From assembly GCF_011745625.1 (NCBI RefSeq), contig NW_027191490.1:1-64000 (forward strand): 64,000 nucleotides of DNA. The letters are read 5' to 3'. Position numbers and translations under genes: made by a program. The stretch is from Cladosporium halotolerans. Its lineage: Eukaryota. The stretch's first letter is position 1, and each line of letters begins with the position of its first letter. Shown here piece by piece: positions 46,652 through 57,892 of the stretch. The notes beneath the pieces were generated by a model. It was not told the DNA's origin. It ran no database searches and saw only the letters and a list, made by a program, of their open reading frames with translations.

Positions 46652-49149
46652 GGTTCTTGCGTTGTCGCGTCGCGCGCTTTGTTGGGTCGCGTTGCTTTGG
46701 TTTGACTTGCTTTCGTTGTTGAGGAGATGAAGGAGAGGGAAGTTGGGAGGATATATCCTTAGTTGTTGGGGTAGGGGGGAGGTTGTTATCGGGTTGCAGT
46801 TGTACAGATTCGACTGTCTGTATGATGCTTTAATCACGTTCGCTGAACACTTTGACCGACATGCATGTCCTTCCAAGCTCCCATGTTTGCACGGTCGATC
46901 TGTCCAAGACCTTTACAGTCGCGAAGTCGGAGACTGTCTGCCCCTTTGCACGTATGCTCTCAGTTCCCACCCCGTCGATCAAGCTTCTATACCCGGCCGT
47001 CGCTGCCGACAGACCGACCTCGAGCCTCCGAGACGCAGGTAATGTCCACGCGCAGCAGGACGCCTTCCGTCTTGGTCACTGAATCAGGTTGGAGCTCAGG
47101 AGGGTTTCTCGAGCCCACGGCTACCAAGCGGCCAACAAGTCGCCGGTCAAAAGCTCGTGGCATCCCAGCTTGCTCAGAGCTCTCCGGCAGGAATCATTAG
47201 TTTATTACCGACTCTACAGGAGACAAGAGTTGGGTGTCCGACCCTCGGATTCCAGGAGAGCCTTGTGGTTTCATCTTCCAAGTTGCTCTAGGGAGATACT
47301 GTGATATCGGACTGCAGCCTCTAGGGAGTCCGGACACGAATGTGTACTTGGACGGTTCCTCAGCCAGCGCGCCACAGAGCTTCAGCTGATTAGCGCTGGG
47401 CAGGCAGGACTACTCTGTATTTGAATGGACTGTTCGAGACCCGGTAATCGATGTGTCTATTTCGCTAGCGGATCGTGGGTGCGCGCTCTAAATGTCGAAA
47501 CGTTAATTTCCCGCGGCCATCCAAAATAGAGAGCGAAAATCGACACTGGGATCGCGTAGGTGGATTTCTCATATCATGTGCATATGATACACTGGCATGA
47601 GCATGATGGATGAGTTGGTGCTGTCACGTGACCCGCGCTTCTCCGTACACTTGATTGTGCACGACCTCAATACTCACCGTAGTCAGGCATTGGTGTGTAA
47701 GTAGAGGTGATCATACTGGGGACTTAGCTTTTACGAGAGTGCAGGATTGGTCGTGTGAGCGCAACTGCTTCGGCCATATCTGGACATCAACGCCTCGTGA
47801 CGTGAGGTCGTCTTCTTTGAGTGCCTGAGGCCTTCCAGCTGTCACACTCGAGAGTCGGTCCCACGCATCGAGGAGCACCTGAGACACCTACTTCCTCACG
47901 TGCCTCCAACTCGCCACTACAGTACTGCGCGCTTTACCGTAGCCGAGCGCAATAGTCCTTCCGCTCGTACCTTTGTATATGTATACGGATGTCCGACCAC
48001 GCGGGGAAAAGCGAAGACCGAAGGCGAAAGGGCCGAGGGAGTCGCGCTCGGGCACGTGCTAGTCACGGCTTTACGGGCTTGATCGATCTTTTGACGAACG
48101 AGGCGAGGTTGATTACAGAGTTATTTCTGGGCACGGAGCGGAGGGCACGAGCAGAGTTGGAGTCGGGTGTTGCAGCGCGTCTGCCTGCGAGCATGAAGGA
48201 TTCTCTTCCTCATGACGACGACGACGAGCAGGATCGTGAGCACGAGGCGCGGACGTCAGATGACGATGACGGTGGAACGTTCTATGGGACTGATGATGTT
48301 GATGGCTGGCAGCTGCGCAGAATTCGCGTGGCAGGCGGCCAAGTATACCAGTGACGTTGCGAGGCTTTCTGCTGATCGGTTGAGCGAAGTGAGGGCCCCA
48401 AGGACCCCCTCTTCGTGACGATGATGCTGTGATTCGATCGCGCAGTGAGGAGCAAAGAGGCGCAAGGCCAGCCGGCGCGAGCCACTGTGCCTCTCTGTCC
48501 CGAAGGTCGCGGGGCGAACGGAAGCTGACGGGCGGGCAGGCACAGAGGCCCGCGCGCGGCCTGCGTTTCGTGACTACTGCTATCGATTTTGCGCGTTGAC
48601 TCCGCGCTTCGGCTTTGACTCTGGGCTTCCTTGGCCGGGAACAGAATGCGCTTCCGGCGTTGATGGGTCAGGTGATACGGCGTGGTACTGCACGATAGGC
48701 AGAGGACAGTGCTAGCGAGCGGGCATGTGTGATGTGAGGGATTTTGCCCACAGCACTGTAGTCTACTAGTCACGGACACAGAACGAGCGTGAGACGCCGA
48801 TCAGACGCAGGCTCTTTCGCGAACGCCCCCAACCCGGGCGAGAGAGTCGACGCGAGATGACACGGGCAGACGCGCGCAGAAGGGGGTCGCGTGCGGGAGG
48901 AGCTGATGAAAAAAGCAGGCATCCCGAGCATGAGCCGGGGTGGCGACAAAGGAAGGGAGCGGCGCGGGTCTCTGCCGCAAACAGGAGGCGTCCAAGGGTC
49001 GATGGCCTCCGACTGGCCCTGCTGCATCGCGCTGGGGGGAGGCACTGGGAGGGTCTCTGCCGGGCCGCTGGGGGGCTGGCCGCGGCGAGTGAGAGGCTGC
49101 GGCCGCGCGCAGAGATTTCGAAGGCCTCCAAGCCCAAGGCCCGCTGCGC

Positions 49150-49202
49150 GAGTGAGCGTGAGTGTGCGTGTGTGGTGTGTGTGTGCGTGTGTGTGTATGT
49201 GC
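49150..49202. repeat. Imperfect (TG)n microsatellite followed by a long pyrimidine tract
   Basis: gagtgagcgtgagtgtgcgtgtgtggtgtgtgtgtgcgtgtgtgtgtatgtgc, then a C/T tract at about 49228-49355. Confidence 0.8.
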
Positions 49203-50237
49203 GGGTGGTGACAGCGTGAGGCTGCCGCCCTTCCTCTCTCTGTCTGTCCTGTCTTGCCCTGTTCTGCTCCGGCTCCTCGCGCGCTCTCCATCTCTCCATC
49301 CTCCACCACTCTCTTCCTCCCTCCCCTTCCCTCCCCTTCCCTTCCCTTCGCTTCTGGTCGCGGACCCCGTTTGCGCTCCAGCTCCCTCCACGCGGCACGG
49401 CGAGCATTCACGCCCTTGCGCCCACCAGGCAATCTCGGCTGCTTCCGGGCGTCGCAACGAGCCAGCAGCGCGCGCTCAGACGTGTGTCAGCACGCAGCAA
49501 CCGGCCCAACGCTGCCAGCCAGCCCAGCCAGCTCGCAGTCGCCTGCTGTCGCCGTCCATCGCCACCACCACCTCTTCACTGCAGGATCCAGTGGACAAGT
49601 GGTCGACACGCGCGCCGCACCCTCCGTGTCTGCACCGCCATCGGCTTGTCGCGGTCGCGCCTGCCTGCTCCCTCCGCCGCAGCATTCCGGACGCCCGCCT
49701 CTCCCGCAGCCTCCGTACTGCTGCGTGGCCCCGTAGGCAGCGACCTCGACCTCGCGCGCACATCACCTTCGCGTGCCGCCGCCGCCGTCAACGACGACTC
49801 CTACCTGTCGCATCCGCTGGCATTCCGCCATCTGCGCATCCCCACCGCCGACCGCCCTCGACGCCGCCGCACCTGCGACAGTCTCGGCTTCGCCGCTGAA
49901 CGACTCCTGCGCCGACATCTCGCAACAACCTCGCCTGTGGACGACCTATTCACTTAGCCACGTCCCTGAACGAACGCGCCCCACCAACCACTCACCAACT
50001 TGACCTCACTCTCGGTTCTGTCCCTCCACGACCGACCGACCGACCGATCGCACGCGCTCGCATCTTCTCGCGCCTTGCCGCTGCGAAGTCACGTTGTCAC
50101 TGAGACAAACTATTTACCTAATTTTACCTCGTCTGTCGCCAACCGCAACAAACCTTCGCTTGCGATCGCGCCCTGCAAAAAAGTTTGGCACACTGTCCTC
50201 ACTGTCCTCACCCCAGCATAAGCATACATTCTGCTGC

Positions 50238-50255
50238 ATGACTAGTCGTCACTAG
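50238..50255 (+). promoter_or_regulatory. Putative uORF (MTSRH*) in the cyclin leader
   Basis: ATG ACT AGT CGT CAC TAG is the only + strand ATG between 49201 and the cyclin start at 50418. Confidence 0.5.
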
Positions 50256-50417
50256 ACTCCGCGCCTTACAAAAACCAGGCGCCTCGTCTGCGACGGCGCA
50301 GTGAAGAGCAGGAAACGGTTCGTCGCACAAGTTCACTCTTGCGCGCAACATCCGCTGATCTCACATCCAGGCAGTGCTAACGTCACGCCGTTTTCTTCCT
50401 GACATCTCTCTGCAGCC

Positions 50418-51863
50418 ATGCCGGCCTTCTACCCGCGCTCGCACCAGGCGAGCTCACACCCTCTGACTCCTCCGGACTCTGGTTCTGGATACGGCTACAG
50501 CAGCATGCACTACCCTCAGGACTCCTTCGTGCCGCACCAGGGCATGGGCCCTGCCCGCCACGACAGCGCTTACGACTACCAGCAGCACAACTACATGCAG
50601 CCGTCCGTCGCACCCGCGCCGCCCAGCTACCAGTACCAGTCCGGTGGGTTCCAGCCGACCACCAGCCTGCCGCCCATCTCCAGCTACTACGAGCCGATGG
50701 GCGCGCCCATCCTCCCTCCGCTTCGCATGCAAGATCACATCTCGTTCAGCGAGGATTACCAACGGAGAGTGCAGCAACAGCAGGAACAACAGAACGCTGC
50801 TCTGCGCGAGCAACAACGTCAGGCTGCCAAAGAGGAGAAGGCTACCGGAGGAGTTTCTGCCAAGCTCGACTACGAGATGGATCGCATGACGGACTTCGTC
50901 ACGCACTACACGCAGAAGATGTATGACCTTCACCTCTCCCCATTCTGCTTTGCAGACATTGACATAATCCGAAGCTTCAACCAGCAAGTCACAAGCCAGC
51001 CGTCTTTCCGCAAATGGGTCCACGCCGTACTGTCTGCCACAAGACTTCCGTCGGCGACTATTCTGCTCAGTCTGCACTACCTCTCTGAGCGCTTCAGGTT
51101 GCACCCCGAGTCTATCCCGTCGGGCGAGAACCAGATCTACCGCCTTCTCGCCGTGTCTCTTATCCTCGGTAGCAAGTTCTTGGACGACAACACTTTCGTC
51201 AACAAGTCCTGGTCTGATGTCACCTCCATCCGTGTCAAGGAATTGAACGCGCTGGAGATGAAGTGGCTGTCTCTTATCAGCTACCACCTTCACGTCGAAC
51301 TGGACAGTGGACTTCAGAGCTGGCTCGATGCATGGAAGACGTACAACGAGGAGCAAATCGCCAAGCAGCAAGCCGCTACTAGGCTGTCACCTCTCGACAC
51401 CAACGTCCACCGTCACTCGAGCAACCGCGATCGCTACTCGCCGTACCCCACTCCGTACAGCACTAGCACAGCTCGCAGCTACGGAACGCCGACATCTTCG
51501 CGCTCGTCGCAATACGTCAGCACACCGTACAGCTCTGCCGACCCGTGGTCTTCTACCGACCGCTCCAGTTATGACGACCCCTACAAGCGCCAGCACCGTT
51601 ACCCTACCCTCAACGACATCGACGAGGCAAACCGTCGGGCATCCGAGGAACGCAGCCAGGCTCACGCCATGTACCACAACTACCAGCTGCCCTCCATTTC
51701 AAACTCCTACTATCAGCCCACCGGATACAACTCCGCCTGGGATGCATACGGCTGGAACAACATGCACCGCTCTGGATGCACTTGCGCCACCTGCGCCTAT
51801 CAGCACCATTACCGTCCCTACCCCATGGCCTCAAGCTACACTGCTCAGACAGTCATGGGCTAG
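50418..51863 (+). CDS. Pho85-type cyclin-like protein (Clg1/Mug80-like)
   Basis: GGVSAKLDYEMDRMTDFV, FRKWVHAVLSATRLPSATILLSLHYL, ILGSKFLDDNTFVNKSWSDV (cyclin box). Candidate 5'UTR intron 50318-50415. Confidence 0.88.
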   Translation: MPAFYPRSHQASSHPLTPPDSGSGYGYSSMHYPQDSFVPHQGMGPARHDSAYDYQQHNYMQPSVAPAPPSYQYQSGGFQPTTSLPPISSYYEPMGAPILPPLRMQDHISFSEDYQRRVQQQQEQQNAALREQQRQAAKEEKATGGVSAKLDYEMDRMTDFVTHYTQKMYDLHLSPFCFADIDIIRSFNQQVTSQPSFRKWVHAVLSATRLPSATILLSLHYLSERFRLHPESIPSGENQIYRLLAVSLILGSKFLDDNTFVNKSWSDVTSIRVKELNALEMKWLSLISYHLHVELDSGLQSWLDAWKTYNEEQIAKQQAATRLSPLDTNVHRHSSNRDRYSPYPTPYSTSTARSYGTPTSSRSSQYVSTPYSSADPWSSTDRSSYDDPYKRQHRYPTLNDIDEANRRASEERSQAHAMYHNYQLPSISNSYYQPTGYNSAWDAYGWNNMHRSGCTCATCAYQHHYRPYPMASSYTAQTVMG

Positions 51864-53690
51864 GCAGCTTGCTGGATCGACTGATCTGCGCCCGCACACT
51901 TTTCTCCTTTGACTCGGTTCCTGCAGCGTTCTCGTCATACGGTCTTCGTGCAACACCTACATGGCACATCATCGGCGGCGATGCCGATTCGTCAAAAAAA
52001 GTTCGACTTCTGTTCCCCTGCACATATTGCCTTCGTTTCAAGGCGCTCTACACGTTTAAAATCGACTTCGTCTTATTTCTGCGACACGCACTTCCACGGC
52101 GCCTGCTCTTGCTTGCTTCGATGCATACGGATACGACTGGCTATCTGTCTCTGGGCGTCTCCATCGGTCCTCGAACACAGTTTGGGTTCGCCTCACTGCG
52201 CTTCTTCCGGACCGACCGCACCTTGCGCGCGCAACCAAAAAAAAAGTTTTCTCTCTATCTCTCTCGACTCCTGGCTTTTCCGTCTCCTCCAATACCATTC
52301 CTGCATTTTTGGTTCTCTCACCTGCACAGCGTTACATTGGGTCGGATAAGGGAAAATCTTCCTGTGCTGCGGGATCATTTCCCTAGTCCTCTATCCCAAA
52401 AAGTCACGCTCTGGTTCTTTTCCTTTTCTTTTGATATCACATCCGGATGGTGGGGAGGGGAGACCTCGAACCTTTTTTGGCTTGTTTAGCATGGCGTTAC
52501 TTGATGAGGGTAAAACAAACTCTGGGCCTGTTTTTCTGTTGCTTGCTTGCTTTTTGCTTGCTTTGTGCTATTTTCTCTGCTTCTAGATCGGTGGGGGGTC
52601 AATCAAAAACTACTTCTTTTCGGGGGAAACTGATTCTGGCTCGACTTGGCCTTGATACATTGGAATTGCAATACCTTTTTTTTTTCCTTTTGGCAGGGGA
52701 GTTCTTCGGAAGGAATTTCCGGAGAACGAGCACACATGTTGGGTTTTTGCTGCTGCTGATGCTGTGGTTGCTTTTGCTTTATCCTATTCTAGTTTCTCTA
52801 CCAATCAATCGTTTCGAGACTTTCCGCTAGGAGGGGAAATTTCCTCTGGCGCTCTGCTTGATTCTTTCCCTTTTGCTTCGTTCGTTCGCATGTGACATGT
52901 GACTTTTGCGTTGGTCCGCAGTGCTCGCTTGCTTGCTTGCTTCTTGCTTTTCATCACTCGAACTTGTCTCTGCAGACGGAGAGGAGAATCCACGCTTTTG
53001 ACTTTTTTTCGCTCCTTGATTTCACCCTGGACTTCATCCTGCCTTTTCCTTCTTTGAGCAGAATGCTTCGGTGATTTTGTACTTTTTCGGCCTTGCGCTG
53101 GGAGTTCTGCAGGGGCCTTTGGGTGCGCGTCGGTGCTTTTTGGGCTTTGGGCTTTGGGTTTTGGTGAGAGATGGGGTTCCAAAAAAGGGTCGGGTCGGAT
53201 CGGTGGTGTGGTAGGTAGCGTAGCAGGATTCCATTTCGCGAGCTCATGGCGGCTCGCGGGCTTCGTTCGTTGATCGAGATCTTTTGTTGGAGTCAGTTTG
53301 CAGGGCGTTTGGTCCTGGTTGTGTGAGTGAGCCACGTTGGGTTTTTGATGCTACGGCGATCGCTCTGCCAGGATTCGTTGGATTAGCCAGGGAAGGTAAC
53401 GAGACTGGGCTGTTGCTCATTGATTGTAGGCGGAATTAGATTGATCTAGCTGTGACGAGGGCTCTCCATTTGCGGATGGATGGTTCGAGCGCTGATGCAT
53501 TTATGTTTATATCCGAATATGTACAAACAAAACTGGGCCGGGGCCCATCCTCTCCGACACCGATGCACTGAAAATGCGCATGATCATGCCGTTCCTCTCC
53601 AGACCTCGGTGCCGACTCGCCCATGTGGTAACAGATCAAAGAACGCCACGCTAAGAAATCCCCACCTCACATACCCTTTCTCCAACCTCA

Positions 53691-55607
53691 TCAATCACCT
53701 CCCTCCCCCACCATCTCGTAAAACAACAGATACACCTCCTTCTGCATCCCCAGCACGTCAGCCGTCTTGCTCTCCTTGACCTTGTCGTCGCTGATCCGCC
53801 ACCACCGGTCCTGCGGCTTGCGCTTGCGCCCCGCCACCGTCGCCCCGATGTTCTCCGCCGCTTTGCTGATCACGCTCTGCTTGCGGCCGGGCGGGGGGTC
53901 GGGGAGGCCTGGAGTCGGGATCGCGTCAAAGGGCGGCTGTTGCTGCTGCTGCTGCTGTCGGGAGCGAGAGCGCAGCGAGCTCGAGCTGCTGGACGGCGTG
54001 TCGAGGCGGAGGGGCGAGGGGGCCGCGACGGGTTCGCGGGAGGGTCTTGCGTTCAGGCGCGGGCTGGGCGCGGCGGAGAGGTGCGGACTCGGGAGAGGGC
54101 TGGCTTGCAGGCTGAAGATGCCCTCGCGGCCCATGTTGTTGGGCGTCGAGTAAGGGGCATTGAGCCACTGGCGGCGGAAGGTCTCGTAGTGGCCCGAATT
54201 GTGCCCGCCTTTGTGCGTGACGACGGAGAGCAGGCGGTAGGTTTTGCGGTCCAGCAGGCCGCCCAGCGGCAGGCGTTCGGGGAAGGAGACTTTGGCGGTG
54301 TTTTTGGAGGAGCTCGACGTGTGGTCCCAGACGGAGCGGGAGAGGTGGATCGCGAGCACACGCGGGAAGGAGGCGATGCGCATGTGCCGGGCGATGCGGC
54401 GCTTGGGCGCGCTGGAGGTGTCGGGGAGTTGGACGTCGGGAGGGGGCTTTTCGGGGTCGGTGTGCAGGGCTTGTTCGATTTTCGACCGGTCGGATTCGAG
54501 TTTGCTGCGCTCTTCGGGGGTGAGGCTGGTTTTCGTGAGTTGGCGGTTGGTGTGGTCGAGTGCGTGGTCGAGTCGACATCGGTCGCAGCGGTAGTCGTCG
54601 ATGTGCTCTACTTTGAGCATGCCATCGAAGCAGGCATTGAGGGTTGTTGAAGATGTGTGGTTGGGCACGTTCAGGGTCATTGTCACGAAGGAGCTCGCAG
54701 CCGGTTTGGGTTTGAAGTGGCAATGCGAGCACTCGATTTGCGATTCGATCTTGCCTTCGAAAGGGAACGTGTAGGCTTCCGACTCATCGTCGGTCTCGTC
54801 TTCGTCGCCATTGGTTTCCGCGTTCGATTTGGTCTGCTCGAGATTGCCATTCGATCGTTCAGACGCTGGTTCCAGTAATTGCTCTGCAGCCAACTTGGCA
54901 TCCAAATCCTGTGAAGCCGCTGGCTTTGGCTTGATCGTTTCTTCCGACCTTTCTAATTCGCCTGTTGGTTTCGCAGCATCCAGACTGAGCTGGCTGCCAT
55001 TCGCTGCAGCTACCGCGTGCTTTCGACGAGTGCGGCCGCGAACCTTGCGACCAGCGTGATATTCGTCGTCCAATCGTTCTGTGACAATCTGCAAGAATTC
55101 CTGAGCATCCTGTTGGTATCTGCTGACCCTTGTCTTGAACGCCTCCTCCACAACTCTAATAAAGCCCTGGGCGGAAATGGTCTTTTTGTAAATCGGCCTC
55201 TCGTTCAGCGCATCCAGCACCTCCTTCAGCCCCGCTGTGATCACACCCTTCTGCAACCCGAGCAGCTTCCAATCCGGTATAGGCTTGCCGTCCTTGTTCT
55301 TCTGCTCCTCCACAGCCGCTTCGATGTCTTGGTAAAGCGCCGGGCCGTCCAATTTCCTGCGGTGCAATTCGCGGATCAAGTACATGCGCAATTCAGGAAG
55401 ACCGGCCAGCGCTTGAAGCACCGAGTTAATGAAGCAGTCGTTCGCAGGATTGCTCAAGCCTACGATCCCCTTCTTCCGTGTGCTCCGAGACGGGTTCGCA
55501 GCCTCATCGTCGAGGAAGTAAGTCGGGCCGAAAACGTAGACGAGGGCGGCGGCTGTGAGCGATGCGCCTGCTGCGTAGGCAGCGATCGTGAGCGGTTTCT
55601 CCTGCAT
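53691..55607 (-). CDS. Ubiquitin-specific protease with N-terminal membrane anchor (Ubp16/USP30-like)
   Basis: Cys box GLSNPANDCFINSVLQAL, QQDAQEFL, His box HKGGHNSGHY, WWRISDDKV, hydrophobic N-terminus, poly-Q. Confidence 0.9.
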   Translation of the reverse strand: MQEKPLTIAAYAAGASLTAAALVYVFGPTYFLDDEAANPSRSTRKKGIVGLSNPANDCFINSVLQALAGLPELRMYLIRELHRRKLDGPALYQDIEAAVEEQKNKDGKPIPDWKLLGLQKGVITAGLKEVLDALNERPIYKKTISAQGFIRVVEEAFKTRVSRYQQDAQEFLQIVTERLDDEYHAGRKVRGRTRRKHAVAAANGSQLSLDAAKPTGELERSEETIKPKPAASQDLDAKLAAEQLLEPASERSNGNLEQTKSNAETNGDEDETDDESEAYTFPFEGKIESQIECSHCHFKPKPAASSFVTMTLNVPNHTSSTTLNACFDGMLKVEHIDDYRCDRCRLDHALDHTNRQLTKTSLTPEERSKLESDRSKIEQALHTDPEKPPPDVQLPDTSSAPKRRIARHMRIASFPRVLAIHLSRSVWDHTSSSSKNTAKVSFPERLPLGGLLDRKTYRLLSVVTHKGGHNSGHYETFRRQWLNAPYSTPNNMGREGIFSLQASPLPSPHLSAAPSPRLNARPSREPVAAPSPLRLDTPSSSSSSLRSRSRQQQQQQQPPFDAIPTPGLPDPPPGRKQSVISKAAENIGATVAGRKRKPQDRWWRISDDKVKESKTADVLGMQKEVYLLFYEMVGEGGD

Positions 55608-56064
55608 CCTCGTGGTGACTGGCCGAGATACGCTCGCAAGAAGTCGAGGTTCAGTTGAAGTGATCGATCCAGCGGTCCTGCGGTGTGCTTCGGATCCTTG
55701 AGGCTATTGGTTGCTCGGCTTAACAATGTCCGCACATTTTCTTGCCGTGCTCGTGAGGTGTGGTGTTTGCGGGGACGACTGGTCCATGTCTGCGCTTTAG
55801 GAATTCATGAGAGGGAAATAGAGGACAAAAAGAAAGAGGCCCAAAAGGATCGTGGGCCAGCGATGTGTTGCAGAGGCGGCAGTTCGTTGCCTGCGTGGAG
55901 CGAATGCGCCGAGCTAACGGGAGGCATTGCGTGAAGACCGAGGCACCGCAAGCCGCAAGTGGAAACGGATCGCCGGCAAACTTTCCCGCCAACGCGGGAG
56001 GAAGTCGCTTCGACATTGGACGTGCTGGGTGATATTTGTAGAGTTCCATTGTTCACACACAACC

Positions 56065-57017
56065 ATGGCGGCGCCCTTACGACCGACGTTACTACCGCAG
56101 TGCTCTGCCTGCGTGCGTAGCTATGCTTTCGGCGGACTGAGGGAGGCAGGCATTGGCGCCGCGGGCCTAAGCCAGCAGGTTAGGGGAAAGAAGAAGCTGG
56201 CCAAGAACACTTCATCTGCAGTGCCTGTGAGATTGCTGAAGGATGTCCCGACCTTTGGCAAGAAAGGTATGCTGGGTGTCTACATTTTGCGCAAGAAAAA
56301 TGACTAAGGTGTCACGACTTAGGCTCGATCGTCCCTATTTCCATGGGTCGCATGCGCAACGAATGGTTCCCTAGTCGCACCGCCGAGTACGTGACGCAGC
56401 CTGAGCTGCGCCAACTCCGCCTCACCAATACCAACATGGAGCGCGATGTGGAGTTCGGCGTCGTCGATGTCGCAGCGCAGGTTCAGGCCGCGAGCAAAGC
56501 GAGCCAACAGAGGCAGTTTGAGGAGGAGCAAACACTCCAGGCGAGCTTGACCGCTCGCGCGGCTCTCGAAAAGGAAAGGGTGGAGCCCGCGCGCGGCATG
56601 GAGCTCATCAACATCTTTGTGCCGAAAACAATGGACTTTTTCAGACAGCCCATCCCCGAGGAGCCGACAGAGCCTGACGCGAACGAGGAACCGGTCGGTA
56701 AGGGTGCAGTGGCTGAGCTGTTTGCCGCGAGACAGAAGAGGGATGAAAAGCAGGCGAAGAGCATGGCAACACAGGGCATCTATGGCAGCGTGAGCACGGC
56801 CGACGTCGCAGCTGCTGTACGTGCCGCGATGGAGAATAACGACGAGTCCGCGAGAGTTTTGATCGCAGAGACGGATATCAAGTTTGTGGACACTGATCAA
56901 GAGGTGGAGACGCTCGGTAGGGTAAAGCATGTGGGCAGCTTCCCGGTCGAGATCATGATCAAGGGCGCGGAGGCCGGTCTGAGGAGGACAGTGCGAGTGC
57001 TTCCTCAGGAGGCATGA
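56065..57017 (+). CDS. Mitochondrial ribosomal protein bL9m; intron 56268-56322
   Basis: Presequence ending QQVRGKK; L9 N-domain VRLLKDVPTFGKK/GSIVPISMGRMRNEWFP; IYGSVSTADV; RVKHVGSF. Confidence 0.88.
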
Positions 57018-57402
57018 GCGTGTAACATATGTAAGCATACCTTCAAAATGTACATTATCAAGAAGCAAAATGGACACTACAAGTCTCTGAATACGCAATC
57101 ATGATTGCCGCACAACCTTGCTGCTTGTCAGAGGCAGGCAGATGGGATTCGTGTTAACTCCGACATCAGATTTGGGCGCAAATACGACAGCGGGCTAGTA
57201 ATGAATCCCATGCTCACCCAAAATGTAACAGAGGAGCCCGGGGTTAAGGCATCCCTAGAAATATGACGAAGCATTCTCGCATTCGCCTTGAATCATGACC
57301 TATCTCATGGACGTTATAAAGGGCTGCCTCTGCTTGCCATTTTATCTAATGGCCCGGCTTAAGCAATTCAGTTTGCCATCCTGACATCGAAATCCCATTA
57401 GT

Positions 57403-57892
57403 ATGTCTTCCCTCCTCGCCACCAAGATGCGGGAAACCACCGACGCCTTTGTGAAAGGCTGGGAAGCATGGAAGGTTGAGCCAATAATGGCAGTCCGAGC
57501 GCCAGGATGCATCATGGCTCAACGGCCAGCATCGATGGGAGTACCCGTCAGGAACAACGAGGAGTTCGCCTCGTGGTTTGCGAATGTTGAAGGCATGTTG
57601 TCGAACTGCAAGGTCAGTCACCGCGTGTGAGTACATGAGCTGTATCATAAGCTTACCCTGGGTATAGATGACCGTACTTGACTATTTCGCATCTACTGAA
57701 GAGCGCAGAGCGTTCCTCCATTGTACTATGGTCGCGGATCGCAACCCCGGCACGTACGAGAACGAATATGTGTTTGCTCTTTCTTTCGACGAGACCGGAG
57801 AGAAGATTACGAGGATTTTCGAGATGATTGATAGTCAGCGAGTCCGCGAGGCGTGGAGCGATGTCCCTCAAGTCGAGATGAAGAGAGACTAG
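57403..57892 (+). CDS. SnoaL/NTF2-like small protein (AusH/AusJ/Trt14-like); intron 57613-57667
   Basis: Two ORFs join in phase 0: IMAVRAPGC..RPASMG..RNNEEF / GTYENEYVFALSFDETGEKITRIFEMIDS. TATAAA near 57315. Confidence 0.82.

Noticed and set aside
46850..48400. Possible hidden gene or telomerase-RNA element (AAGAGTTGGG near 47226; acidic ORF 47989-48354)
   Set aside because: No template sequence nearby, no complementary stem, and no convincing coding signal.
48766..49957. ORFs of 150-245 aa across the microsatellite and pyrimidine tract
   Set aside because: Low-complexity translations with mostly non-ATG starts; better explained as cyclin promoter and leader.
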